A stretch of DNA of 64,000 bases. It comes from Eledone cirrhosa. Taxonomy: Eukaryota. The position numbers and the translations under genes were made by a program. The stretch is taken from contig OZ024752.1 in NCBI GenBank assembly GCA_964016885.1, positions 10,912,001-10,976,000 on the forward strand, in the 5' to 3' direction. A model generated the notes under the pieces. The model had not been told where the DNA came from and did no database searches. It was given only the letters and a program-made list of their open reading frames with translations. Below are positions 27,437 to 42,500 of the stretch, in pieces; position 1 is the stretch's first letter; every line of letters begins with the position of its first letter.

Positions 27437-27632
27437 AGTAACATGTGCTCACGCCGGATTTGACTAAATAGGCTTGGTCTGTTTGTTGGGATTTTAAAAA
27501 AACGCTCTGATTTTGTTTTTAAATCCCAACTAACAGACAAATTATATTTAGTTAAATACGGCGTAAGCACATATGATTCCTAATTTTCAAATTTGCTAGC
27601 CGTTTGTAAACAAAGCCTGCTTTGGGTCTCCC

Positions 27633-27718
<86 letters not shown>

Positions 27719-27976
27719 GCTATGGTTACATAACTAATTGAATGGAAGGAAGTATGGTGACATCTTGGTGCAATAGTAACATATTGGTGCGGCAAACCAA
27801 AGATATAGGTTCGTATCCCATGTACGTCAATATTCATCCGCTTTTCCATCAAAGGGGTCTTTTTATAAAATCCCAACTAACAGAGTAATTCTATTTAGTC
27901 AAATACTGTGTGAGCACATGTTACTACCTAATTTTCAAATCCGCTAGCCTTTGTAAAGAAAGGCTACTTTGTGTCT

Positions 27977-27980
<4 letters not shown>
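27437..27980 (+). mobile_element. Second tRNA-derived SINE family: full copy 27757-27980 and 5'-inverted copy 27437-27633
   Basis: A-box-like TGGTGCAATAGT and B-box GGTTCGTATCCC. The shared body AAATCCCAACTAACAGA..TTTAGT.AAATAC..TCTCCCTA ends in (TA)n. Confidence 0.7.
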
Positions 27981-28021
<41 letters not shown>

Positions 28022-28091
28022 ATTTAGGTTAGTTGGTTCACCACTGGATAGAACTGGTCATTCCGTGTGGTCAATCTCGATGTAATATAAT

Positions 28092-28262
28092 TGTTTCTAC
28101 TTTATGCACAAGGCCATCAATTACCCAGTACATTACTGGTACTTTATTTTATCGACCCCGTAAGGATGAAAGGCAAAGTTAACCTCGGCGGGATTTGAAC
28201 TCAGACTGTAAAGGGACGTAACTATGCTAGAAAGCATGGCGTCCGACCCTCTACCCATACTG
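28092..28262 (-). mobile_element. Young SINE copy with 16-bp TSD
   Basis: CTCGATGTAATATAAT occurs at 28076-28091 and 28263-28278. Confidence 0.93.
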
Positions 28263-28402
28263 CTCGATGTAATATAATGGAGAGTACTCAACGTAATGCA
28301 ACTGATCCGTCTTCGTTTGTGTAGTTGGTGGTGTGAGTACGGAGTTAATTATGATAAAATAACAGGAGGCTGGACTGGTCTAAATCCTTGGAAGGTTTAT
28401 TA

Positions 28403-28444
28403 TTTCAATGACCGGGTTCAGTATGAATCCGGTGATATCATCAG
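28403..28444 (-). ncRNA. Hammerhead ribozyme-like motif
   Basis: The minus strand reads CTGATGA-tatcaccggattcatact-GAAC-CCGG-TC, or alternatively a long hairpin closed by GAAA. AATAAA follows. Confidence 0.45.
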
Positions 28445-28553
28445 GTATTCGAAATATAACAAAGGAATATAACATATGAAATCCATTGGGCTGAAAATCA
28501 GAGACAAGAGGACGACCGACTATTTAGCAGCTTCTATCTCAGTCGCTCACCCG

Positions 28554-28601
<48 letters not shown>

Positions 28602-28919
28602 TCATAGATAGCGATCATTTGTTAAGTTACTTTCAATTCCATGAGGTTCCAATACATATACATAATTTTATTTTTCTCATTATATATTACGGATTATTTT
28701 GTTGTTGATAATTTACTATTAGTTACAATATCACTTATTTCGTGATTTATTAACGACACACGGACTAAGCTAATTCTACGTAACAAATGAAATTTGTTGA
28801 TGGGTTATTAAACGTTTGCTCCTTTTCTTCATACCCTCTCAAACTATTTCGATTTCTCTAAATCACTCCCATGCTCCTTTCAGCTCTCCCCCATCTCCTC
28901 TCTCCTGTACTCTCTTACA

Positions 28920-29003
<84 letters not shown>

Positions 29004-29149
29004 TAGTATATCAACTAACATATGCGTACAGATGTACGCTAATGCTAGCAAATACACAGGTTATGTCATAGTACCTAGGTGGTTCAATGCAGGAGGATGC
29101 AGAACAATAATATAAATGACGTAAAGTAAGAAAATTGTCTTATTTTACG

Positions 29150-29198
<49 letters not shown>

Positions 29199-29453
29199 CA
29201 AGTATATAATTGGAAAAATAAGCTTTTAAAATCATCTTTAATTCCGTACAAATGTTTCAAGAGAGTTTTATTTATTTTTAACTTTACATATATATATATG
29301 TTTGTGTGTGTGTGTGCATGATGTATATATATATATATATGTTTGTGTGTGTGTGTGTGCACGATGTATATATATATGTGTGTGTGCGTGTATGTATATA
29401 TATGTTTGTGTGTGTATGATGTATATATATATATATGTGTGTGTGTGTATGTG

Positions 29454-29488
<35 letters not shown>

Positions 29489-29492
<4 letters not shown>

Positions 29493-30772
29493 ACGGCGGA
29501 ATATACCGCGACGATGTTCTCCTCCTAGCTAAAAACCTTAATAACCAAAAACTAGAAAAACTACGCAAAGATATAAGAAAACTACTACTCGAAATAGGAC
29601 TAACTATAACATATGAATACAACCTTAAAGTAGTTAACTTCCTGGATGTCACACTCAATTTAAACTCTGGTTTGATTAAACCGTTTCATAAATTGAATGA
29701 AAATCTCAAATACGTAAATGTTGGGTCTAACCACCCCATCTCTATAATTAAATCTATCCCTAAAAATATTTCCCTTAGAATCTCGGGTCTATCCTCTAAC
29801 ATACAAGTATTTAAGGAACACGCCGAGTACTACGATAACGCCCTTAGTAAAGCAGGCTACCTCAACAAAATAGAGTACATAGATGGGAACAATCAAAACA
29901 CCCAAAATAAATCCCACATAGGTAGATATAATAACACAACACCAAACCACACTTACTACCATAGTATGCACACCAGTAAACCAACAAACAAAACTAATAG
30001 AAAGCGATGCAAAGAGTACTTATGGTATAACCCCGAATACAATAGCTCCATTAGTACAAATTTACCAGTACTCTTCTTTAAAATAATTAAAAGACATTTT
30101 CCCACATCACACAAATACCACAAAATCCTAAACCCTACCACTATAAAACTGTCATACTCTACAACGTTAAACCTTGAACAACACATAAAAAAGATCAATA
30201 CTAGAAGGTTAAACGAAAACACTAAGAACTTAAGTACAAAGAACACAAAAAAAACAGTAGACAATACACTACAGAACATAAATAAACCACACCTAAGTTC
30301 GTCCGCAATACTACTCCAGAGAAAACCCAACGTACACAACTGTAACTGCACCTATCCTGACAACTGCCCCCTCGGCAATAACTGCCTGGAAAAAAATATT
30401 ATTTATAAGTGTACCATTAAATCCGGAGGCAACGAGTGGTATTACGTGGGATCAACGGCAACATCGTTTAAATCTCGATTGTATAGGCATTCTTACTCAA
30501 TAAAACACCAGAGCCAAAGAAATGTAACAACTTTAGCAGAAAAAGCTTGGACGCTCAGGGATAGCGATCAAAAGTTTACCCTAAAATGGGAAAAATTAGC
30601 TAAAACCCAAAGCTTTTCCAGGAGCCAAAATTTCTGCAAATTGTGTAATCTTGAGATTTATTACATAATCACACACAAGAAGAAACTGCTGAATAACAGA
30701 ATTGAACGAACATTATTCTGCCGTCACAGAACTAAAACCCTTTTTTCCCACTACAAGCCGAATATTACATAA
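29489..30772 (+). CDS. Penelope-like retroelement (Naiad-like) ORF, 5'-truncated: RT C-terminus plus GIY-YIG endonuclease
   Basis: Motifs YRDD, FLDVTL, SNHP, WYNPEY, CNC..CPL..CL, IIY..YYVG, FKSRLYRH, CKLC, LLN and CRH. About 427 codons run without a stop. The ORF-track N-terminus is microsatellite. Confidence 0.9.
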
Positions 30773-30884
30773 GAGAGGGACATCCCCCAACTATATAAAC
30801 CTTAATCTAGTTAGAAAAATATAAAAACAATCTCTTCTCAACATATATTAATAACCTTAAATTACCATACTAATAATGAAAAGA

Positions 30885-30942
30885 TATGCTGATGAGAATA
30901 GGTACAAATATGCGATAATGAATGTGTCTAAAAACGTCCATA
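30885..30942 (+). ncRNA. Hammerhead-like motif in PLE 3' region
   Basis: TATG-CTGATGA-..TAGGTACA/TGTGTCTA-AAAA-CG-TC-CATA. Stem I is TATG/CATA with a GTC site, and GAAA reads AAAA. Confidence 0.45.
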
Positions 30943-31087
30943 AGTATGTATATATATGTGAAAATGTATATAAATAAGTAAATATATATATATGTTTGAT
31001 GTGTATAGTTAGATGTAAGTGTATTCATGTATTAAAGTGCTTATATATATATATATATGTATATGTGTGTATATGTATGTGTGTGTA

Positions 31088-31168
<81 letters not shown>

Positions 31169-31739
31169 GTGTATGTATATATGTGTATATGGATGTGTAT
31201 GTATGTGTATGTGTGTACACATGGACTAGAGTATGTATGTATATATGTGTGTGTCTATACGTGTGTATATAAAGATAAGTTGAGTATGAAAATGTATACA
31301 CATGAGCGCGTATGTATGTACATGAATACATGTGTGTATATATATGTGTATGCATGTGTATATATATGTAAGTATGAATATGTGAATTGTGAGTATATGT
31401 ATTTTGTAGAGGTGTGCAAATATATTTGTGCGTGAATGCGTGGGTGAAAGGATACGTACACTTGAAAGAAAAATTTAAGTCTGAATGTTAATTAAGTGCA
31501 AACACAAAACCAACCACGCATATCTTTACTATCTCTAATCCTTCTATAGATTTAGAAAAATAACCAATAATATATTCTATAAAAAATGTCAAAACAACAG
31601 ATGGGAATCTAATTACTCACTGCCACCAAGAATTCTCACTGCTATCGAAAAACCACTCCTTCAACTATTCTTCTAACAACTTCACCCCTCCCTCCTAATA
31701 TTCTCTATAAAAACTAAATAGGTCCTCAGTAATATTATT

Positions 31740-31780
31740 CTGATGAAATGACAGTAAATAATAACATTGAAATATTGAAT
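31740..31780 (+). ncRNA. Second hammerhead-like core downstream of the PLE
   Basis: CTGATGA-AATG...CATT-GAAA-TATT; stem I is weak. Confidence 0.4.
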
Positions 31781-31888
31781 GTTTGCATAACTAAAAGTTT
31801 GTAGATAGCTGTTTTAGGTTATGTAACTGTTATAGAAACACGTGTCAATAAATTCCTTTCAACTAAACTGTATCCATTCAAATCTTTC

Positions 31889-31919
<31 letters not shown>

Positions 31920-31938
31920 GTGTGTGTGTGTGTCTATA

Positions 31939-31984
<46 letters not shown>

Positions 31985-32035
31985 ATATATGTGTGTATGT
32001 GTGTGTATATATATATATATATATATGAGTGTGTG

Positions 32036-32076
<41 letters not shown>

Positions 32077-32149
32077 GTATATATATATGTGTGTGTATGT
32101 ATATATATATAGAGAGAAATGTATATGTATATATATAACGATAATTTGT

Positions 32150-32210
<61 letters not shown>

Positions 32211-32221
32211 ATGTGTGTGTG

Positions 32222-32256
<35 letters not shown>

Positions 32257-32358
32257 CTAATTGACTTCTCAGAAGAGCACGTAGTGTGTGAAAGCAGAAA
32301 TGTTTTATTTAAACTTAATTCTGCACTAAAAATATATCTATCTATATATTTATATGCA

Positions 32359-32395
<37 letters not shown>

Positions 32396-32457
32396 AGCGT
32401 GAAACTAATAAACCTTTGTTCGTACTGCCTCACTGTTTTGTTCCCGTTCAATCTTTT

Positions 32458-32505
<48 letters not shown>

Positions 32506-32769
32506 GTGTGCATACATATGAGATCATATGAGACTTTACTGAACCCGCGTTAAAATGATAATTTATAGAGGCTTCTGTTTGCATGGGGCAATAGTAGTGT
32601 ATGTGTGTGTGTGTGCCAATGTAGATGTTCACGCTAGGGAACTATTTGCATATCAATAGTGGAATGATTTAATGGTAATTGCAAGCCGCTTCATTAAGTT
32701 GAAGTGTTAGTACACATGTGGCCTCTTTTATAACATCTTGTAGTGCAAAGAAAATATACACACGAAGCC

Positions 32770-34015
<1,246 letters not shown>

Positions 34016-34820
34016 AAATGCATTTAGATAGATGAAAATCAATCAATACTTTCTCTCATTTTTATTCCCATACTAATACATATGCTTTGGGTTTGAGGCG
34101 CCTTTGCTGTGTAAACGAAATACGAGAAAAGCTACTATAAGCTTTTAGGAGTCATGAAAACATGAACAGTTTCCAGTAATAAATAAGAGACGAATCAATT
34201 AGGAATATTAATGAGAGCGAAGCCAGTCTGATGATTTGTCAGAATACAGTCGCTTGAGAATACTGGATCATATAGTGATAGCCTTGTATCCAAAACAAAT
34301 GCAACCCAAAAGAATTATTTAGATATATGTCTTGCAATTTGCTTAGTAGAAACTTTCTCGGGTTACCATTTGACAATTATTATACACTGCAAAGATATAT
34401 GCTATAAATGGATGATATAAAGTTTAATATCATATTGGTACGATAAATCTGAAGCAAACTGATCTCCATTTTCTCCGATGTATCATATTTATTATTAATA
34501 CATGTCTGGATATGTGTTCAGTAAAAATTAGTGTATCCATGCACAAATATATATTGAATAAATCCGTTTCATTTTCTCGTCTACTCTTTGATTTTGGCAG
34601 AGAAAAATCGAATTGGGAAACATGCATATGATATCCATGAGTGCAGACATGTAGGAAATTTATCATGTTTGTCTAAGTGTGTGCACGTGATGAATATCTA
34701 GACGTATGTAGGTGGAAACTTGCGCAATATATTTATATATATATATATTGCGCAAGTTTCCACCTACATACATTACATTCATGTAACCTCTTTTTTACCT
34801 TAATTTATATTCCTTTTGAA

Positions 34821-34939
34821 GTTCCGATGAACTGCTCCAATTTTATCTAAGTTAATTAGCTTCAACTTAACCAGATCAATAATGATGTATAATCATTTGA
34901 TCCAGAAACATTATGTGGAGTAGCGAAACAATTGTAAAC
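34821..34939 (+). ncRNA. Hammerhead ribozyme-like motif with ~76-nt stem II loop
   Basis: GTT-CCGATGA-A-CTGCTCCA...TGGAGTAG-C-GAAA-CAATTG-TA-AAC. Stem II is 8 bp, stem III is the palindrome ACAATTGT, and stem I is GTT/AAC. Confidence 0.6.
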
Positions 34940-35046
34940 GAACATTATTAGTATTATTATTATTATTCTCTACATTCCTTACATTAAACTAAAACTATGT
35001 TGACAATCTTTTAATAATGTCTTATATATATATATATATAAGATAG

Positions 35047-36350
35047 CAATTGTTTCTAATGTTGGTACAAGGCCAGCAAATTATCCTAGTGAATTACTGG
35101 TGCTTTATTTTATCGACCTTGTAAGGATGAAAGGCAAAAATAACCTCGGTGGTTATTTGAACTAAAAATGTAAAGGGCCGTAACTATATGCAGTAAATCA
35201 TGTTGTCTGATCCTCTACCGATTCTGCCAATCAACCGACCTAAAACATATCAAATAATGCAGTATCCTTTATCATTCCATATTTAAGACGGATTATCATT
35301 AGTTTTTCAATAAATAATTGTTTCTACTTTTGGCACAAGGTCAGCAATTATATCAGTGTATAGCTGATACTTTATTTTATCAACCCTGTAAGGATGAAAG
35401 GCAAAGATAACTTCGGTGGGTATTTGAACTAAGAACGTAAAGTTCCGTAACTCTACGCTGGAAAGCATGATGTCCGACTCTCTAATACTGCCAATCCACC
35501 GCCATTATATATATAAAATAATACTACTTAAAGGATGTCATCGAATAGGACCAAAATATCTTCGATCATTTTCAGACACATTCAATGCTTTAAACCACTG
35601 GGTTTTTTTTAAAACTTTTTTCCTTAAGGCCTCTGGGAATGGGTTCACTATCATTCCGTTGGTATACAACTATAATGCAATCTACATCTGACGATGTCAC
35701 CGAGTCCTTACGCAACCTAGCCACTAAAATATGCGTAGTGTTTGCAGAAATAAATAATTAAGGAAATTCAACCTGTCCGACCTCCTCTCATTTCACTTCA
35801 TAATAGATCAAATATATAAATGGCTTCTACAGGACTAGAACTGTTTTATTTGAAAGGGTCACATGAGGAAATGGCTTTTTCTGGTGATTTGAACTCAGAA
35901 TATAAAGGGCGATAACTATGCTGCAAAGCATGGTGTCAGGCGCTCTACCGATACTGCTAATATATATATAATTGTTTCTACTTTTGGCACACGCTCAGCA
36001 ATTATCCCAGTGCATTACTGGTACTTTATGTTATCGAACCCATAGGATGAAAGGCAAAATTAACCACGGCGGGATTTGAACTCAGGCTGTAAAGTGACGT
36101 AACTCTATGATGTAAAGCATGGTGTCTGACGCTCTACCGATACTGCCAATCCACCGCCATATATATATAATTGTTTCTACTTTAGGCACAAGGCCAGCAA
36201 TTACCCAGTACATTACTGGTACTTTATTTTATCGACCCCGTAAGGATGAAAGGCAAAGTTAACCTCGCCGGGATTTGAACACAGACTGTAAAGGGACGTA
36301 ACTATGCTAGAAAGCATGGCGTCCAACCCTCTACCGATACTGCCAATTCA
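35047..36350 (-). mobile_element. Cluster of ~5 SINE copies or fragments
   Basis: Copies at ~35047-35240, 35313-35505, 35885-35960, 35968-36158 and 36168-36350. Confidence 0.9.
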
Positions 36351-37449
36351 TATAATGCCAACACAACATCTCTCAAATTATTATGTATTTTCTTGATAGA
36401 ACCCTACTTTCCATCTATCTCGCTCCCTGACTCTCTACTTTTTAACACGCCTCTACCAAATGTTCCATCCCTCTGTAATTTAGACCTTAACTTCAGTATG
36501 TAGCAGTTCGCTTTAGTTAACTCTGTAACCTAACATCTTTATTTTGATGAAAGTCTAAATTTTAAAATTGCGCAATGTTTTCCTGTGTTGCACATGTTAT
36601 AGGCTTATACCGTTGCCTGCTGGTAACATCATGATTACATACATTTAAAATGAATCCAGAAACTAGTAAAATATATGGCAGTCGATCGTTTTAACTACTG
36701 TTTATCATAGGTCAAAAGAATACGTAAAGACAGTTTTCTCCACAGATACAATGGCGCTTTACTGCGCATACTTTATTTCCGTTTGCACGGTTGATCTTTT
36801 TTGCCATTCCCCTTTCAAATAATGTTTTTCTCTATTTATATTATTCCATGAAGAAAACACGCAGATGTACTTGATAAACTACCCTCCAATCTCCACATCC
36901 AGACATCAACTCGTACTTGTCATATTGGCATCTTCTCGTATATCCATATTGTCTTCTATATTGTTATATGCCATCTCGTATATCCATATTTTGTAATATT
37001 TCACTTCCTCTAATTGCGTATGTCTATCATGATACGAAATTCCCATTCAACTTTATGCCTTGATTCAAATGTTTGTTCAGCTGGAAGCAGTAGATATTTG
37101 CTATGTAGCTGATTCAATTTGCGATGGAATGTTTGAATAGACATATGCCTTTCTAACTAATGAACAAAGAAAATTAGCAGTCATATTGCTGAGACCTTGG
37201 TTCTCACTAAATTCTCAGATTAATAAACAGCATACGTTTCCAGCTTTCACGTGTCCTTTCATCTGGTGTATATTTGCACCAAGAACAGATAACATGCGAA
37301 GATATTGGTGAGTCAAATTACCTTTCCTATGGGGCTTAAGGTTTTACACTCTGCAAAATACAACATTTGACTTGTTTGGGGTCAAAGAAATATACACTGA
37401 CATATCAGAAGTATTCCACAGGATACACTGCAGCTTCTAAAATCCATAG

Positions 37450-38270
37450 GGGCGATGGATTGGCAGTATCGGTAGAGGGTCGGACACCATGCTTTGACGC
37501 ATAGAGTTACGGTTCTTACCATTCAGAGTTCAAATCCCGCCGAGGTTAACTTTGCCTTTCATCCTTACGGGGTCGATAAAATAAAGTACCAATAATGCAC
37601 TAGGTAATTGCTGGCCTTGTGCCAAAAGTAGAAACAATTATTATACTTTATTTAAGACGGTGGACTGGCATAATCAGTAGAGCGTCCGACACCGTGCTTT
37701 GCAGCATAGAGTTATGACCTTTTACGTTCTGAATTCAAATCCTGCCAATGTTAACTTTTCCTTTCATCCTTACGGGGTCGATAAAATATCAGTAATGTAC
37801 CAGTAATATAATTGTGATAAAATGCCAGTAATATAATTGCTGGCCTTGTGCCAAAAGTAGAAACAATTATTACACATTATTTAAGCATCAAACAAAAAGC
37901 AATTCAAGTAATCTATTCAATGGAATCAAATGTGACAGAATCAGATTATTGGAAATCTTTAAAGATTACAATAGGACGGTAAATTGGCAGAGTCCTTAGA
38001 ACGTCGGATAGAATGTGTTGTAGTATTATTTTCAGCTATCTACTTTCTGAGTTCAAATTCCATCGAGGTTAACTTTGCATTTTGTCCATACACGGTCGAT
38101 AAAAATGTACCAGTCAAGTACTAGGGTTGATTCTCCCTCTGTAGCTCTTTCTCTCATTCTCTATATTCTTGTCTGGAGTAAATCTACTGTATTCAGGCGT
38201 GGAGAGAAGATGCCCTATAAGCGGCGTATCTCAATAAGACACCCCTACGTCTCCTCAAGAGTTACGGGTC
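37450..38270 (+). mobile_element. Three SINE copies, the last with the alternative tail
   Basis: Match the family consensus. Confidence 0.88.
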
Positions 38271-38727
38271 CATTCCATACCATACCATATGATTTATAGC
38301 TCATTCACTTTTCAAAATACAATTTCGTTGATGCCATATAAAACACAGCTAATATATACTATTTGCAAAAGAATATTCCGGCAAAATAAAAAATTACGTT
38401 ATCAAATATTTCATAAATACGCAAGTATATTTTATTTTATGGCTTGACAATCAATTGTTTCGAGATCTTGTGATAATATATCATTGTTAAGTGGTTCGTT
38501 GCCTCTATGACTATTTCAATGACTCACCATTCGTAGTCTACACGTTTTGACTCTGGAAATGTCTACATAGAGACAAAAGTGATATATGTGTTCACGTTTA
38601 ACTCAGACTGTATTACACATGATAAAATTAATTCTGACTGAATATTGATATTATTAAGACGATCATGTTAACATTATCTGCAGAATGAGGGGAATACGAT
38701 TATAAATCATTCCTGAGTTTATATCGA

Positions 38728-41000
38728 ACTAGAGCACCATTTATTATATAGTACCAGACTACCATCTATTATATAGCACGAGACTACCATCTATTATATA
38801 GTACTAGACTACCATCTATTATATAGCACTAGACTATCATCTATTATATAGTACTAGACTATCATCTATTATATAGTACTAGACTATCATCTATTATATA
38901 GTACTAGACTACCATATATTATATAGTACTAGACTACCATATATTATATAGTACTAGACTACCATATATTATATAGTACTAGACTACCATATATAGTACT
39001 AGACTACCATATATTATATAGTACTAGACAACCATATATTATATAGTACTAGGCTACCATATATTTTGCTAGACTACCATATATTATATAGTACTAGACC
39101 ACCATATATTATATAATACCAGACTACCATCTATTATATAGCACGAGACTACCATATATTATATAGTACTAGACTACCATATATTATATAGTACTAGACT
39201 ACCATATATTATATAGTATTAGGCTACCATATATAGTACTAGACTACCATATATTATATAGTACTAGACTACCATATATAGTACTAGACTACCATATATT
39301 ATATAGTACTAGACTACCATATATTATATAGTACTAGGCTACCATATATAGTACTAGACTACCATATAGTATATAGTACTAGACCACCATATATTATATA
39401 ATACCAGACCACCATTTATTATATAGTACTAGACTACCATATATAGTACTAGACTACCATATATTATATAGTACCAAACCACCATTTATTATATAGTACT
39501 AGACTACCATATATAGTACTAGACTACCATATATTATATAGTACTAGACTACCATATATTATATAGTACTAGGCTACCATATATAGTACTAGACTACCAT
39601 ATATTATATAGTACTAGACTACCATATAGTATATAGTACCAGACTACCATCTATTATATAGCACGAGACTACCATATATTATATAGTACTAGACTACCAT
39701 ATATTATATAGCACTAGGCCACCATATATTATATAGCACTAGACTACCATATATTATATAGCACTAGGCCACCATATATTATATAGTACTAGACTACCAT
39801 ATATTATATAGTACTAGACTACCATATATTATATAGTACTAGACTACCATATATTATATAGTACTAGACTACCATATATTATATAGTACTAGACTACCAT
39901 ATATTATATAGTACTAGACTACCATATATTATATAGTACTAGACTACAATATATTATATAGTACTAGACAACCATATATTATATAGTACTAGACTACCAT
40001 ATATTATATAGTACCAGACCACCATATATTATATAGTACTAGACTACCATATATTATAAATAGTACTAGGCCACCATATATTATATAGTACTAGACAAAC
40101 ATATTATATAGTACTAGCCTACCATATATTAAATATAGTCCTAGAGTACTATATATTATATAGTACTAGGCTACCATATATTATAAATACTAGGCCACCA
40201 TATATTATATAGTACTAGACTACCATATATAGTACTACACCCCCATATATTATATAGTACTAGCCTACCATATATTATATAGTACTACAACATCATATAT
40301 TATATAGTACTACAACGCCATATATTATATAGTACTACAACACCATATATTATATAGTACTACAACACCATATATTATATAGTACTAGACTACCATATAT
40401 TATATAGTACTAGACTACCATATATTATATAGTACCAGACTACCATATATTATATAGTACCAGACTACCATATAGTATATAGTACTAGACTACCATATAG
40501 TATATAGTACTAGACTACCATATAGTATATAGTACTAGACTACCATATAGTATATAGTACTAGACTACCATATAGTATATAGTACTAGACTACCATATAG
40601 TATATAGTACTAGACTACCATATAGAGTACTAGGCTACCATATATTATATAGTACTAGACTACTATATAGAGTACTAGACTACCATATATTATATAGTAC
40701 TAGACTACCATATATTATATAGTACTAGGCCACCATATATTATATAGCACTAGGCCACCATATATTATATAGCACTAGACTACCATATATTATATAGTAC
40801 TAGGCTACCATATATAGTACTAGATTACCATATATTATATAGTACTAGACTATGATATATTACATAGTACTAGGCCACCATATATAGTACTAGACTACTA
40901 TATATTATATAGTACTAGACTACCATATATTATATAGAACTAGACTACCATATATTATATAGTACTAGACTACCATATATTATATAGTACTAGACTACCA
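38728..41000. repeat. 25-bp minisatellite (GTACTAGACTACCATATATTATATA) with 20-bp variants, ~90-95 units
   Basis: The period is 25 (for example GTACT at 38901 and 38926). Confidence 0.97.
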
Positions 41001-42165
41001 TCTTTATATATATAAAAGCGAGGATGTGTGTGTGTCTGTGTACACATTTGCATGCATAAGGCTTTCACACTTACCAACTGAATTTGACCAAATTTTATTT
41101 GCACGTTCCACAGGTCGCTAAGATTGTCACATCACCAACATTTTTCAAATCGACCCACCTTGCGCAATAAAAGATCGATATCAAAATTATTGGTAGAAAA
41201 ATTGATGTAAGGGAGATAACAAACTTTATTGACAATCCTTATAAAAAAGGGAGATAACCTTTTTACCAAATATGCCCCGTAAAAGAAAGTATGCACATAT
41301 TGGCTATCGGTCGAAGAAAACAATGCGTGTAAATGACGTTCCGCCGATAACCGAAAATAGACAATCACTAAATACGGTGAGTACAGTTATTGAAACATTT
41401 TTGTCCGCTGCTGAGCGTCGGTTAGTGCGGCGAACCAATAATGCTAAGGCAACTGCTGCAGCACGAGCTGCAGAGACTACAGAGCAACGTGAAACACGCC
41501 TTGCTATGGATGCTACAGATACTGCTGCAGCAAGACCTGCAGAGACAGTACAAAAATATGAAAGGCAGTAACTTTGCTCCCTGGTGGAAGGACGGCACAT
41601 TTAGTTTTTAAATTGCCCCTTGATTTGGCAAAATTGGAAACTCCTACTTGTCATATCACCAAAGACTCCGAAAGGGCTCATCTGCTGTGAAGGTCTCACC
41701 TTATTGTTTGGGATGAGTGCACAATGGCGCACAAAGGTGCTCTTGAGGCACTAAACAGGTCTTTGCAAGACATACGGGATTGCAGTGATGTTATGGGGGG
41801 TGCCATCAGGAGACTTCAGACAGACTCTTCCTATAATACCGAAAAAAACAAGAGCAGATGCCGTAAATGCATGTCTTAAGTCTTCACCATTGTGGCGACA
41901 AGTGACATCATTAAGACTAACTACCAACATGCGTGCAAGGTTGCATGGTGACCCTCTGTCTTCAAGATTTTCTGGAGACGTTCTTACAATAGGAGATGGT
42001 AACCTACCTCCGGATACAGATGGAGACATAGCAATTGATCACATCTGCAATGTAGTTGAAACTGTCGATGATCTCAAGGCGCGTGTATTCCCGAACTTGC
42101 GTGATAACTATAAGAATCTTGATTGGCTATGCGAAAGAGCCATTCTTGCACCCAAAGATATCACG
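41001..42165 (+). mobile_element. Helitron deletion derivative (5' end, N-terminal repeat region, Pif1-like helicase fragment)
   Basis: The start is A|TCTTTATATATATAAAA. Motifs are ETTEQRETRL, TLLPGGRTAH, LIVWDECTMAHK..EALNRSLQDI, GDFRQTLP, LTTNMR and ERAILAPK. No Rep/HUH domain is present and there are frameshifts. Confidence 0.9.
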
Positions 42166-42188
42166 TATATATATACACACACACTCAG

Positions 42189-42250
<62 letters not shown>

Positions 42251-42269
42251 ATATATATATATATATACA

Positions 42270-42500
42270 ACTAGACCACCAGCTCTCTCTTCCATTCTCC
42301 TTCTCTGTCTATTTATCTATCTCTCTCTCTCTTTCTCTCTCTGTTGATGAAGGTACCCGGAAAAACTCCATATCTCGGGAACCCGTGCTCTGATTTACGC
42401 GACCCTTGTTTTATTCCATTTATATTCCCATCTCCGGGTCAACTTCATCTCGAAAATTACATTGCAGACAAGCACACAATCAGTTTTAGTAGTATATCGA
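42270..42500 (+). repeat. Dispersed element next to a microsatellite; second copy at 57780-58075
   Basis: Shared CCACCAGCTCTCT...ATGAAGGTACCC...ATATCTC.GGAACCCGTG..CTTGTTTTATTCCATTT. Confidence 0.7.

Noticed and set aside
30772-30950. SECIS element or selenoprotein coding in the Naiad-like PLE
   Set aside because: The visible ORF has no in-frame TGA and no convincing SECIS stem was seen by eye.
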